64,000 nt of DNA from Gemmatimonadota bacterium (lineage in GTDB: Bacteria > ARS69): positions 78,868-142,867 of the forward strand of contig JASLLL010000001.1 of NCBI GenBank assembly GCA_030747075.1, read 5' to 3'. A program made the position numbers and the translations under genes. Under the pieces are notes generated by a model. It saw nothing but the letters and a program-made list of their open reading frames with translations, was not told where the DNA came from and ran no database searches. This document shows positions 48,034 to 55,451 of the stretch, piece by piece; within the stretch, counting starts at the first letter, position 1; the number at the start of each line of letters is the position of its first letter.

Positions 48034-48848
48034 GCGGCTTTCTCGAAATGATGGCGGCCCCGGTCGTCCTGGCCCTGGTTCTGGTGGCCATGCACTCCCA
48101 TCTGGGGTGGCATGTGGTGCGTCGGGGGGTGATCTTCGTGGATATCGCCCTGGCGCAGGTGGCAGCCTTCGGCGTGGCGGTCTCGCTGATCCTCGGCGGC
48201 GAGATCGGTTCCGACATGACCCACTTCATCGCGCTGGTCACCACCTTCCTGGGCGCCGGCCTGATCGCCTTGAGCCGCACCCGCGGCGACCGGGTGCCCC
48301 AGGAAGCGTACATCGGCATCATCTATGTCGTGGCCAGCGCCTCGATGATCCTGGTGCTCACTCAGGTACCCCACGGTGGCGAAGAGATCCGCCACCTGCT
48401 CGTGGGTGCCATCTTGTGGGTCACCTGGCCGGTCGTCGTGAAGACGGCGGTGCTGTACGCGGCCCTCGGCGGCCTGCTGTGGCTCTGGCGCGTTCCGCTC
48501 TGTCGCATCTCCACCGACTCGGAGGGGGCCCGCCGCAACCGTCTCCACGTCGGCTGGTGGGATCTGGTGTTCTACGCGATCCTCGGCACCGCCGTGACCT
48601 CGAGCGTACAGGTAGCCGGGGTGCTGCTGGTGTTTGCGTTGCTGGTGGTGCCTACGGTGATGGCGGCGAGGCTCTTCCCGGCCAACCGGGTCCAGTTCGT
48701 CTACGCGATGGGCGTGGGAGTACTGGCTGTGGTGGCCGGATCCGCAGTGAGCTATGTGGCCGACCTGCCAACGGGGGCGGCCATCGTATGCGTGTTCGGA
48801 GGGTTCCTCGTGATCCAACTGCTCGCGGAGAGAGTCGTGCGGCGCTGA
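48030..48848 (+). CDS. znuB: Zinc/manganese ABC transporter permease (ZnuB-like)
   Basis: Eight or more TM helices with ABC-3 permease similarity. It overlaps the znuA stop by 4 nt. No ATPase gene follows. Confidence 0.85.
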   Translation: MSGFLEMMAAPVVLALVLVAMHSHLGWHVVRRGVIFVDIALAQVAAFGVAVSLILGGEIGSDMTHFIALVTTFLGAGLIALSRTRGDRVPQEAYIGIIYVVASASMILVLTQVPHGGEEIRHLLVGAILWVTWPVVVKTAVLYAALGGLLWLWRVPLCRISTDSEGARRNRLHVGWWDLVFYAILGTAVTSSVQVAGVLLVFALLVVPTVMAARLFPANRVQFVYAMGVGVLAVVAGSAVSYVADLPTGAAIVCVFGGFLVIQLLAERVVRR

Positions 48849-48943
48849 TCTCACTCCGGGCGACGGGTGATCAAGGCGCTGTGCGCTGGCACGGGGCGGT
48901 CGGTTCCTCTTGTCAAGATGCCGGGGAATGGCCGCGGGGGGAC

Positions 48944-49978
48944 TCAGTCCAGAATCACCAGCCCGTGCTCCACAATCAGGAGCGAATCCGCCCGCACCCG
49001 CCCGGTCGCATCCACATGGAGTGATCGCGGAAAGGGAACCACCCCGCGGTCCTCCCCATCCTCGCCGCCATTCCCGTCCCCCCCGGCAATGAACAGCCAG
49101 GTCGCCCGCGCGTCCGCCTCCTCCGCCGTGGGTGCAATGGCGGTCGCGCTCCTCGACCCGCGCGCGGGCCAACCCGATCTCGGGTCAAGAATGTGATGGT
49201 GGCGCACTCCGTCCACTTCCACAAAGCGCTCGTAGTCGCCGCTGGTTGCCACGGCCGCGTCCTCCAGTTCGAAGTGTCCCAGAAGCTCCCCCGCCCGGCG
49301 CGGGTGCCGGATGCCGATCCACCACCGGCGGCCGGGTCGCTTGCGTCCCGACGCGAAGACATCGCCGCCCGCGTTCAGCAGGAAGTCGCGAAGCCCGCGT
49401 TCACGAAGCACCGCCGCCGCGCGATCCACCGCGTATCCCTTTGCGATCGCGCCCAGGTCCACGCGCGTCACCGCGGACGGCAACCGCACGGTCCCCGCTG
49501 CCGCGTCCATCACCACCGCGCCCGCACCCACGCCCGGCAGGAGGGCCGCCACTTCCGCCGCCTCCGGGACGCGCGCGTCATGGTCGCCGAAACCCCACAG
49601 CGCGGTGAGCGCACCCACGGACACATCGAAGAGCCCGCCGGAACGCGCGCGATACTCCCACGCGCGCGCGATCACGCCGAACGCCTCCGGCCCGACCGGT
49701 ACCGCCTCCCCGCCCGCCGATTCATTCAGCGCGGCGATGTCGCTCCCGTCCCCTTCCGTATGAAGCAGCGCCTCCACGCGTTCCATCTCCAGGAACGCTT
49801 CCAGGAGTGCGGCGCGCGCGTGCGATTCGTCTTCCGCGAGAACGGTCGCTTCGACGAGCGTGCCCATGAGGATTCTGCTGACGGAGACTTCGACGCGCTC
49901 CGGCCCGGCCGCCACGGGCCGCGCCATCATCAGCGCGACGACCACCACGCCCACGGCCGCCCGCGTCAGCGCGCGCAT
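48944..49978 (-). CDS. apbE: FAD:protein FMN transferase (ApbE family)
   Basis: ApbE hallmark DLGAIAKGYAVD, with GDYERF and HHILDPRSG. The internal Met start MRALTRAAVGVVVVALMMARPVAAG gives a signal peptide. Confidence 0.85.
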   Translation of the reverse strand: MRALTRAAVGVVVVALMMARPVAAGPERVEVSVSRILMGTLVEATVLAEDESHARAALLEAFLEMERVEALLHTEGDGSDIAALNESAGGEAVPVGPEAFGVIARAWEYRARSGGLFDVSVGALTALWGFGDHDARVPEAAEVAALLPGVGAGAVVMDAAAGTVRLPSAVTRVDLGAIAKGYAVDRAAAVLRERGLRDFLLNAGGDVFASGRKRPGRRWWIGIRHPRRAGELLGHFELEDAAVATSGDYERFVEVDGVRHHHILDPRSGWPARGSRSATAIAPTAEEADARATWLFIAGGDGNGGEDGEDRGVVPFPRSLHVDATGRVRADSLLIVEHGLVILD

Positions 49979-49979
49979 G

Positions 49980-51158
49980 TCAGAACCGCACCCGGTACCC
50001 GATGCTGGTGACGATCGCATGGAGATCCGTGCGCCGCGTGAACCAGTCCGGCGTGTCCGTGCGGCGGTGGTACCATGCGACGCTCGCGTTCAGGTCCACA
50101 CCCTCGCGCCCGATCACCGGCAGGTCGCCAAAGAGTCCGCCGCCCGCGCGTACCGTGAGTTCCACTTCGCGCGAATCCCCGGAATCCAGCTTGGAGTCCA
50201 CCGTCATGAACTCCTCCGGCGCGTCATACGATTCGCGGAAGAAGTCCGCGCGCGTCTGCCGGTAGTACCGTCCGCCGATCCCGAGGGTCACAAGTCCGTC
50301 GCGGAAGTGCCTGCGAAGGAGCGCGCTTGCCGTGTTCGACTCCACGCTCCACGAGTCCCAGTAGAACCGGTAGCCCACCTGCAACGACATCCCGTCCGCG
50401 ATCATCCGGTTCACGCGAGCGCCCACCGCCTTCCGTCGCCGCCGGTCCGGCGACGCGGGTTCGTACCGGCGCGCCGACGCGTGGTCGGGATAGACAATCG
50501 TCACAACCTGATAGGGATCGGACAGGAAGCCGCTCATGTCCGTGTACGACAACTCCGCCTGCGCGATCGTTCGCCTCCCCAGAATGCGGGAGACGCCCGC
50601 GCTCAGCGTCGTCACGGTCTTGTCCCTTCGCCAGTCACGCGTCTGGGGGAAACTCTCGTCGCGGCTCCGCACAAACCCCACGCTCAGTTCCGTGTTCTTG
50701 CGGTGGAACGGATGCGACGCGCGCGCCGCAATCGTGGCGGAGGTGTAGTCGTGCTCGGTGCTGAAGAGCACATTCAGCGACGCCGTCCCCTCTCCCACAA
50801 GCCCGGTCACGCCGAGCCCGGCTTCCTGGCGAAGTTCGTCGGGGGAGTCGTCCGCGCCGCCGCCTTCGTTCGTGGTCGCCGAAGTCACGCCGTCCACATC
50901 GAACCGGCTTCGCATGGAGGCGGCGGAGATCGCGTCCACCAGATAGCGCGCGGAGACGCTCACCGACTCCGACACCCGGCGCGACGCCGACACGGTCGGA
51001 TAGACGATGCCCACGCGGTAGGTGTCGAAGTACCCGTTGAACGAAACCTGCACTTCGTCCCCGGGAAGTTCCTGCGCGTTCGCGGGGCCGAGGGCGGGCA
51101 TCGCCGCCAGAGACGCCACCGCAACCCGCGCAAGGAGACCCGTCACCCGCACCCGCAC
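49980..51158 (-). CDS. DUF3570-family outer-membrane beta-barrel protein
   Basis: Signal peptide (cleavage after ...GPANA|Q); alternating beta-strand pattern; C-terminal ...SIGYRVRF (aromatic terminus). It sits in the conserved position between DUF4266 and ApbE. Confidence 0.7.
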   Translation of the reverse strand: MRVRVTGLLARVAVASLAAMPALGPANAQELPGDEVQVSFNGYFDTYRVGIVYPTVSASRRVSESVSVSARYLVDAISAASMRSRFDVDGVTSATTNEGGGADDSPDELRQEAGLGVTGLVGEGTASLNVLFSTEHDYTSATIAARASHPFHRKNTELSVGFVRSRDESFPQTRDWRRDKTVTTLSAGVSRILGRRTIAQAELSYTDMSGFLSDPYQVVTIVYPDHASARRYEPASPDRRRRKAVGARVNRMIADGMSLQVGYRFYWDSWSVESNTASALLRRHFRDGLVTLGIGGRYYRQTRADFFRESYDAPEEFMTVDSKLDSGDSREVELTVRAGGGLFGDLPVIGREGVDLNASVAWYHRRTDTPDWFTRRTDLHAIVTSIGYRVRF

Positions 51159-51370
51159 CCTCCGCTCTGCGCGCCGGTCGCCCCCGCCGAGCCTTCCCGG
51201 TAGTCGCGGTGGTGTTCTCGCACGCCCTTGTCGATGGCGTTCTCGTCAAAGACCATGATGGGGTCGGACAGCGTCTCGCGCTCCCACGGTTGCACCGTCG
51301 CGCACCCGGAAAGGGCGACCGCGGCGGCCAGCACCAGCGCCACTCCCCTCCGGCGTCTCCGTTTACTCAT
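51143..51370 (-). CDS. DUF4266-family small lipoprotein
   Basis: The internal Met start gives MSKRRRRRGVALVLAAAVALSGCATVQPWERETLSDPIMVFDENAID...GGCGCG. It has the lipobox LSGC, the conserved VQPWERE motif and a C-terminal GGCGCG, all typical of DUF4266. The 146-aa ORF's N-terminal part is an overlap artefact. Confidence 0.75.
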   Translation of the reverse strand: MSKRRRRRGVALVLAAAVALSGCATVQPWERETLSDPIMVFDENAIDKGVREHHRDYREGSAGATGAQSGGCGCG

Positions 51371-51905
51371 CCGCCGCATCCGCCGCATCCTCCGCAGCAT
51401 CCTCCGCAACATCCTCCGCGAGAAGAGCGGCGATCTCCCGCTCATACTCCGCCCGGTCCGACTTGCGAAAACCCGTGTGGCGGCTTCGCACGATCCCCGC
51501 GCGGTCGACGAGCACGGTCGTCGGCATTCCCTCCAGAGCGTAGAGCGGGGGGGTCGCGTGGTCCGGGTCATACGCGATGACAAACGGCGGCTCCCCCCCG
51601 ACGCGCTTCAGAAACGCGTCGGCCTTCTTCCGGTCCGTGTCGAGGTTGACCGCGACGATCTCAAGCCCGTGGTCGTTGTGCTTTTCGTACAGCTCCACGA
51701 GCACCGGGAACTCAATCCGGCACGGCTTGCACCAGCTCGCCCAGAAGTCGACCAGCACAACGCGGCCACGCAGGTCGGAGAGGTGAACGACCGAGTGGTC
51801 GTCTTGGGAGATGACAAAGTCCGGCGCGGCCTCCCCGGGCGAGGCGGGCGAAGCCAGCGCGGGCGCGGCGGCCAGGAAGGCGATCACCACGGCGGCCCGG
51901 ATCAT
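51363..51905 (-). CDS. TlpA-like periplasmic thiol:disulfide oxidoreductase (thioredoxin fold)
   Basis: Signal peptide; VLVDFWASWCKPCRIEFP (CxxC); C-terminal Ala/Glu/Asp-rich tail. Confidence 0.85.
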   Translation of the reverse strand: MIRAAVVIAFLAAAPALASPASPGEAAPDFVISQDDHSVVHLSDLRGRVVLVDFWASWCKPCRIEFPVLVELYEKHNDHGLEIVAVNLDTDRKKADAFLKRVGGEPPFVIAYDPDHATPPLYALEGMPTTVLVDRAGIVRSRHTGFRKSDRAEYEREIAALLAEDVAEDAAEDAADAADE

Positions 51906-52573
51906 GGCGCGAACCCCGGCGCGTCGCGTCCGCCCCCGCCGGAGGGCGCGATCGTGAAGGTGAGTCCGTCAGCGTGGCGCCCCCGGTCATCCCGCACGCG
52001 CACGAAGAAGCCCGGGCCGTGCCCCCAGTCCGCGCGGACCTCCGGAACCTCGAGAACGCCGTCGGAGGGCGCGTCGTTCAAGAGCGTTGCGATGAGCACG
52101 CTCGCGTCCCCGTCCACCCGTCGCAGGTCCACCGTGAAGCGGTCCGCGGGCGGCCCCACCCATTCGACGAGGCGCCCCACACCCTGCGGCCACTCCACCG
52201 CCTCGCCGAAGGGGTAGGTGATCTGGATCGTCTCGAAGTCCGGATCGTCCCACTCCACTCCGTGGCACTGATAGCACGACGGCGCGTAGGTCTCGATGAG
52301 TTCCTCGCTCTCGCGGGTCTTCGCGATCGCCCAGCCCCCGCGAAGGTTCGCGTGATGGCAGTGGTAAGCGAAGCAGGAGTTGCCATGCACAAAAGGCTCC
52401 TCCGCACCCGCCTTGTGGAACGCGCCGTTCTCCGATTCGTCGTGGTCGGGTGGGATGGGTGCGCCGGGTTCCGTGACCGAGGAGAGACACGCGGGCAGAA
52501 GACCCGCCAGAAAGACGCACGCCGTCGCGAACGCAACGGACCGGCGCGTTGGGATGGGTGATCTTCCGTGCAA
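51902..52573 (-). CDS. Cys-rich lipoprotein with CxxCH-like motifs (possible c-type haem or metal site)
   Basis: The likely start is a TTG at ~52573, preceded by GGAGGA with a 6-nt spacer, giving MHGRSPIPTRRSVAFATACVFLAGLLPAC (lipobox). It contains NSCFAYHCHH (Cx4CH) and SCYQCHG (canonical CxxCH), followed by a beta-rich domain. It is the first gene of the TlpA-DUF4266-DUF3570-ApbE operon, and its stop overlaps the tlpA start. Confidence 0.5.
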   Translation of the reverse strand: MHGRSPIPTRRSVAFATACVFLAGLLPACLSSVTEPGAPIPPDHDESENGAFHKAGAEEPFVHGNSCFAYHCHHANLRGGWAIAKTRESEELIETYAPSCYQCHGVEWDDPDFETIQITYPFGEAVEWPQGVGRLVEWVGPPADRFTVDLRRVDGDASVLIATLLNDAPSDGVLEVPEVRADWGHGPGFFVRVRDDRGRHADGLTFTIAPSGGGGRDAPGFAP

Positions 52574-52646
52574 GCGTCGTCCTCCGGGTCGAGTCGCGTG
52601 AATGTAGGGGAAACGATGGCGCGTGGGAAGCGTGGAGCCTGTGCGC

Positions 52647-53498
52647 TCAGCGGCCGTAAGCGGCAAAGGCCGCCCAGTAGAGCGGGTGATTCCAGTCTTC
52701 GCGAACCGCACGCCCCGCCGCCGCCAGTGCCGCGGGAACATCCCGCGACCCCCGCGAGGCGTATTCTTCGTAGAACGCCTCCATGATCCGGCGGGAGGCT
52801 TTGTCGTGCGCGCGCCACTGACTCGCCACCAGACTCCGCGCGCCCGCGCCGAGAAACCCCAGCGCAACGCCGGTCACATCATCGCCACGGCCGGTGAAGG
52901 TCAGCCCCGTGTCGCACGCGCTCAGGACGACCAGCTCCGCGCGCAATCGCTTCTCCTGAATGTCCGCAAGGAACAGCGCGCCGTCCCCGGTGGTGATCCG
53001 CGAGAAGGCGGGGTTGTCGTCGCGGAAGGACCCGTGCGCGCTCAGGTGAACCGTGCGAGCGTGCGGGATGCGGTCGAGCAGTTCGGCTGTCGTCGGGTCG
53101 AAGAGGACGCGCGTCTTTGCCGAAGGAAAGTGCGCGGCGGCGGTCTGTACTTCGCGGCGAACCTCCGGCGGGCCGCTCCGAACCGTGGCGGCGAAGAGGT
53201 GCTCCGCATCGCGCGGGATGCTCCGGCGACGGCGGCCGAGCACGCTTCCGCGCGGGCGGCGGACGCCCTCCGGTGTGTACTTCCTCCGCGCGACGAGCGA
53301 TGCGGGCGACACCGCCACCGGGCGACTCGTTCGCATACGGTAACCCGAGGGGCACGCAAAAGGCCCCTCGAGGACCCGTTCCACCGGATTCAGACGGTCA
53401 GGTTCCCAATTCTCCAAAGAGAGTCGGGTTTCTCCCCCGAGCCTGACCGACAACGAATACACAACCCTGTGTGGAACGGAGTCCCCAAGAGGCCCCAT
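52647..53498 (-). CDS. Standalone CHAT-domain (caspase-like) protease
   Basis: C-terminal CHAT signature with catalytic His (TVHLSAHGSF) and Cys (LVVLSACDTG), plus GFLGAGARSLVASQWRAHD and HPLYWAAFAAYG. The 352-aa ORF would run into the GC-poor promoter region, so the start is more likely the internal Met MGPLGDSVPHRVVYSLSV at ~53498 (about 283 aa). No TPR or other partner domain is present. Confidence 0.55.
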   Translation of the reverse strand: MGPLGDSVPHRVVYSLSVRLGGETRLSLENWEPDRLNPVERVLEGPFACPSGYRMRTSRPVAVSPASLVARRKYTPEGVRRPRGSVLGRRRRSIPRDAEHLFAATVRSGPPEVRREVQTAAAHFPSAKTRVLFDPTTAELLDRIPHARTVHLSAHGSFRDDNPAFSRITTGDGALFLADIQEKRLRAELVVLSACDTGLTFTGRGDDVTGVALGFLGAGARSLVASQWRAHDKASRRIMEAFYEEYASRGSRDVPAALAAAGRAVREDWNHPLYWAAFAAYGR

Positions 53499-53670
53499 CT
53501 GAGAGGAAGTAGCCTGCCCCCGGCTCCCTGATACAGAAATCCCGCTCCGGGCTTCATTTTTTCCGACCCCTGCGCAAGCCCACCGGGCGAGGGCCGACGC
53601 GCAAGCCCACCCCCTCCGATCCGCCCCTCCGTCTCGCATGGCGGCCAGGGGCGGGTGTGTGGATATTACT

Positions 53671-53699
53671 TGACAGTGTGACCCGCTACTGCTAAATAT
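53671..53699 (+). promoter_or_regulatory. Putative sigma-70 promoter for the 148-aa hypothetical gene
   Basis: TTGACA, a 17-nt spacer, then TAAATA. It lies within the GC-poor ~285-nt divergent region between the CHAT gene and the hypothetical gene, followed by GGAGGG (SD) and an ATG at ~53783. Confidence 0.4.
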
Positions 53700-53782
53700 C
53701 CGCACTGGTCGCGTCTGTTTGTGTGCCCCACGCGAGAGACTTGGCTATTTGGCGCATTTTCCTGCGATCCGGAGGGTTCCCC

Positions 53783-54229
53783 ATGATCTCCCTGCCCCTC
53801 TTCCGCGAAGACCCGATCTCAGACGCGGAGCATGAAGCCTGCCTTCGGACCTTTGGGCTCCGCTACTTCGACCGGGTGCTTCCCATTGTCTCCTCCAGTT
53901 CTCTTTGCCCCCGGGGCCGAATGACCCCCGGCGACGGGGCGCAGCTGTATGTCTTCCGCTCGCCGGGTTCGGCGAGGAAGAACCGCGGGGTGGTGTTCCA
54001 TCTCCAGCGGACGCCGGACGACGGATGCGTGGAGGTCGCGTTCAGGCCGTGGAAGGATGGCACGCTACCGGTGACGCCGGAGGTGTGGCAGGAGCTGGGG
54101 CCGGACTCGCGGCGGCCCGGGAGGACGGGGTGGCGCGGGTTTCGCGTCGAGACGCGGGAGGATGTCAGCCGCGCCATCGGGATGGCGGAAACGGCGGCGG
54201 AGCGGTTTGACCAGCTGTGGGGGAAGTGA
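53783..54229 (+). CDS. Hypothetical protein (148 aa), divergent partner of the CHAT protease
   Basis: ATG preceded by GGAGGG with a 6-nt spacer (MISLPLFREDPISDAEHEACLRTFGLRYFD...). Composition is protein-like with no recognisable domain. The ORF listed from 53723 includes promoter sequence. Confidence 0.45.
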   Translation: MISLPLFREDPISDAEHEACLRTFGLRYFDRVLPIVSSSSLCPRGRMTPGDGAQLYVFRSPGSARKNRGVVFHLQRTPDDGCVEVAFRPWKDGTLPVTPEVWQELGPDSRRPGRTGWRGFRVETREDVSRAIGMAETAAERFDQLWGK

Positions 54230-54526
54230 GGGGGCGGGTGACCGGTCGGGGACGATATCTCTTGATGAATGCCCCGACCCGCTGATACTGATGTTTGTCT
54301 GTTGAGTGAACCCGCGATGTTATTGTGGAATGTCTCCATCGCCCTCGGGCGATGGCCCCATTGAAGCAGACGGAGAGCCCGCCCGCCGCGCCGGAGTCGC
54401 CGGAATACGGCGAGCCGGACCCGCAGGGGGGCCTCTTCGATTGAGGGCTCCCTTGACGGTTGGTGCCGTTGCGGGGAGGAAAAACCCCATTTCGAGCGCG
54501 GATCGTAAAGTCGGGCTTGCGCAAGA

Positions 54527-54562
54527 CCGCCGCAACTGGCCATCCATAGCCAGTTGCGGCGG
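54527..54562. promoter_or_regulatory. Perfect 14-bp inverted repeat upstream of abiEi (candidate autoregulatory operator)
   Basis: ccgccgcaactggc, then catccata, then gccagttgcggcgg. It is ~35 nt upstream of a TTGACA...TAGTTT promoter-like element at ~54595-54623. AbiEi-type antitoxins are known to autoregulate via inverted repeats. Confidence 0.4.
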
Positions 54563-54596
54563 TCCAGCGCATTGAGACACCCCCGGGAGCCCGCAC

Positions 54597-55451
54597 TTGA
54601 CACAGAGCGCTCAAAGACGTAGTTTTCTCCCCATGAACGGAGCGGAGCGTAAAGTGACCACGCAGGAGTTCTTCTCCCGGCACCCGGTCTTCTCGCTTGA
54701 CCGGGCCGTGCGGGAGCTGGCCCCGGCGGGGGAACGGGACAGAACGCGGGAGCGCCTGCGCTACCACCTCGACCGGGGCACGCTGAAACTCCTGGCCCGT
54801 GGGCTCTATGCCGTCGTTCCGGCGGGGGTCACGCCCGATGGCTTTCAACCGGACGCATTTCAGGTCGCTGCTGTCGAGCGCCCCGATGCCCTGTTCTGCC
54901 ACCACAGCGCCCTCGAACTTCTCGGGGCGGCTCATTCCACCTGGCGCGATTACACCGTCTTCACCGCACGGCGGCGCAAGGACCTCCAACTCGGGGACGC
55001 GCGCATCCGCTTCCTGCAAATCCCCGCCGCCATGAAGGGCGAGGAGGAGCAGCCCCTCGGGTCACGCCGGATCGAGCACCGGGGGAAGTTGCTGGCATGC
55101 ACCGGACCGGAACGGACCCTGGTCGAAGGGTTTCGCCGCCCTTCTCTGGTGGGTGGCCATGAGGAGTTGCTGGCTTCGGCAGGCGGCTTCACCGCCTTGG
55201 ACCTGGACCTGCTCGAAGAGGTGCTCCGGCGCTATGGCGCCGCCAAGCTCTGGGCCGCCACCGGCTGGTTTCTCGAGCGTTTCCGAAACCGCTTTCATGT
55301 CTCGGAGGCTGTACTGAGGCGGTGGGAGAAAGAGGTGCCAGCCTCCCCCCAGTATCTCGAACGAAGGCGGCGGGGCGGCCAGTTCTTCCGGCGTTGGAAT
55401 CTGGTCGTAGCGCGCGAGCTGGAGCAGACCGGAGGACCCGATGAGCCCTAG
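54597..55451 (+). CDS. abiEi: AbiEi-family antitoxin/transcriptional regulator (type IV TA / abortive infection)
   Basis: About 280 aa, with an N-terminal wHTH-like region (FFSRHPVFSLDRAVRELA...RLRYHLDRGTLKLLARGLYAV) and a C-terminal AbiEi_4-like region. It overlaps the downstream nucleotidyltransferase gene by 11 nt, as in abiEi/abiEii pairs. An alternative start at ~54633 is possible. Confidence 0.7.
   Translation: MTQSAQRRSFLPMNGAERKVTTQEFFSRHPVFSLDRAVRELAPAGERDRTRERLRYHLDRGTLKLLARGLYAVVPAGVTPDGFQPDAFQVAAVERPDALFCHHSALELLGAAHSTWRDYTVFTARRRKDLQLGDARIRFLQIPAAMKGEEEQPLGSRRIEHRGKLLACTGPERTLVEGFRRPSLVGGHEELLASAGGFTALDLDLLEEVLRRYGAAKLWAATGWFLERFRNRFHVSEAVLRRWEKEVPASPQYLERRRRGGQFFRRWNLVVARELEQTGGPDEP

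Noticed and set aside
53400-53780. AT-richer stretch initially suspected to mark a horizontally acquired low-GC island
   Set aside because: The GC drop is confined to ~300 nt of divergent promoter/intergenic DNA. The flanking CHAT, hypothetical and AbiE genes have host-like high GC, so composition alone does not indicate recent transfer. The defence-patch interpretation rests on gene content instead.
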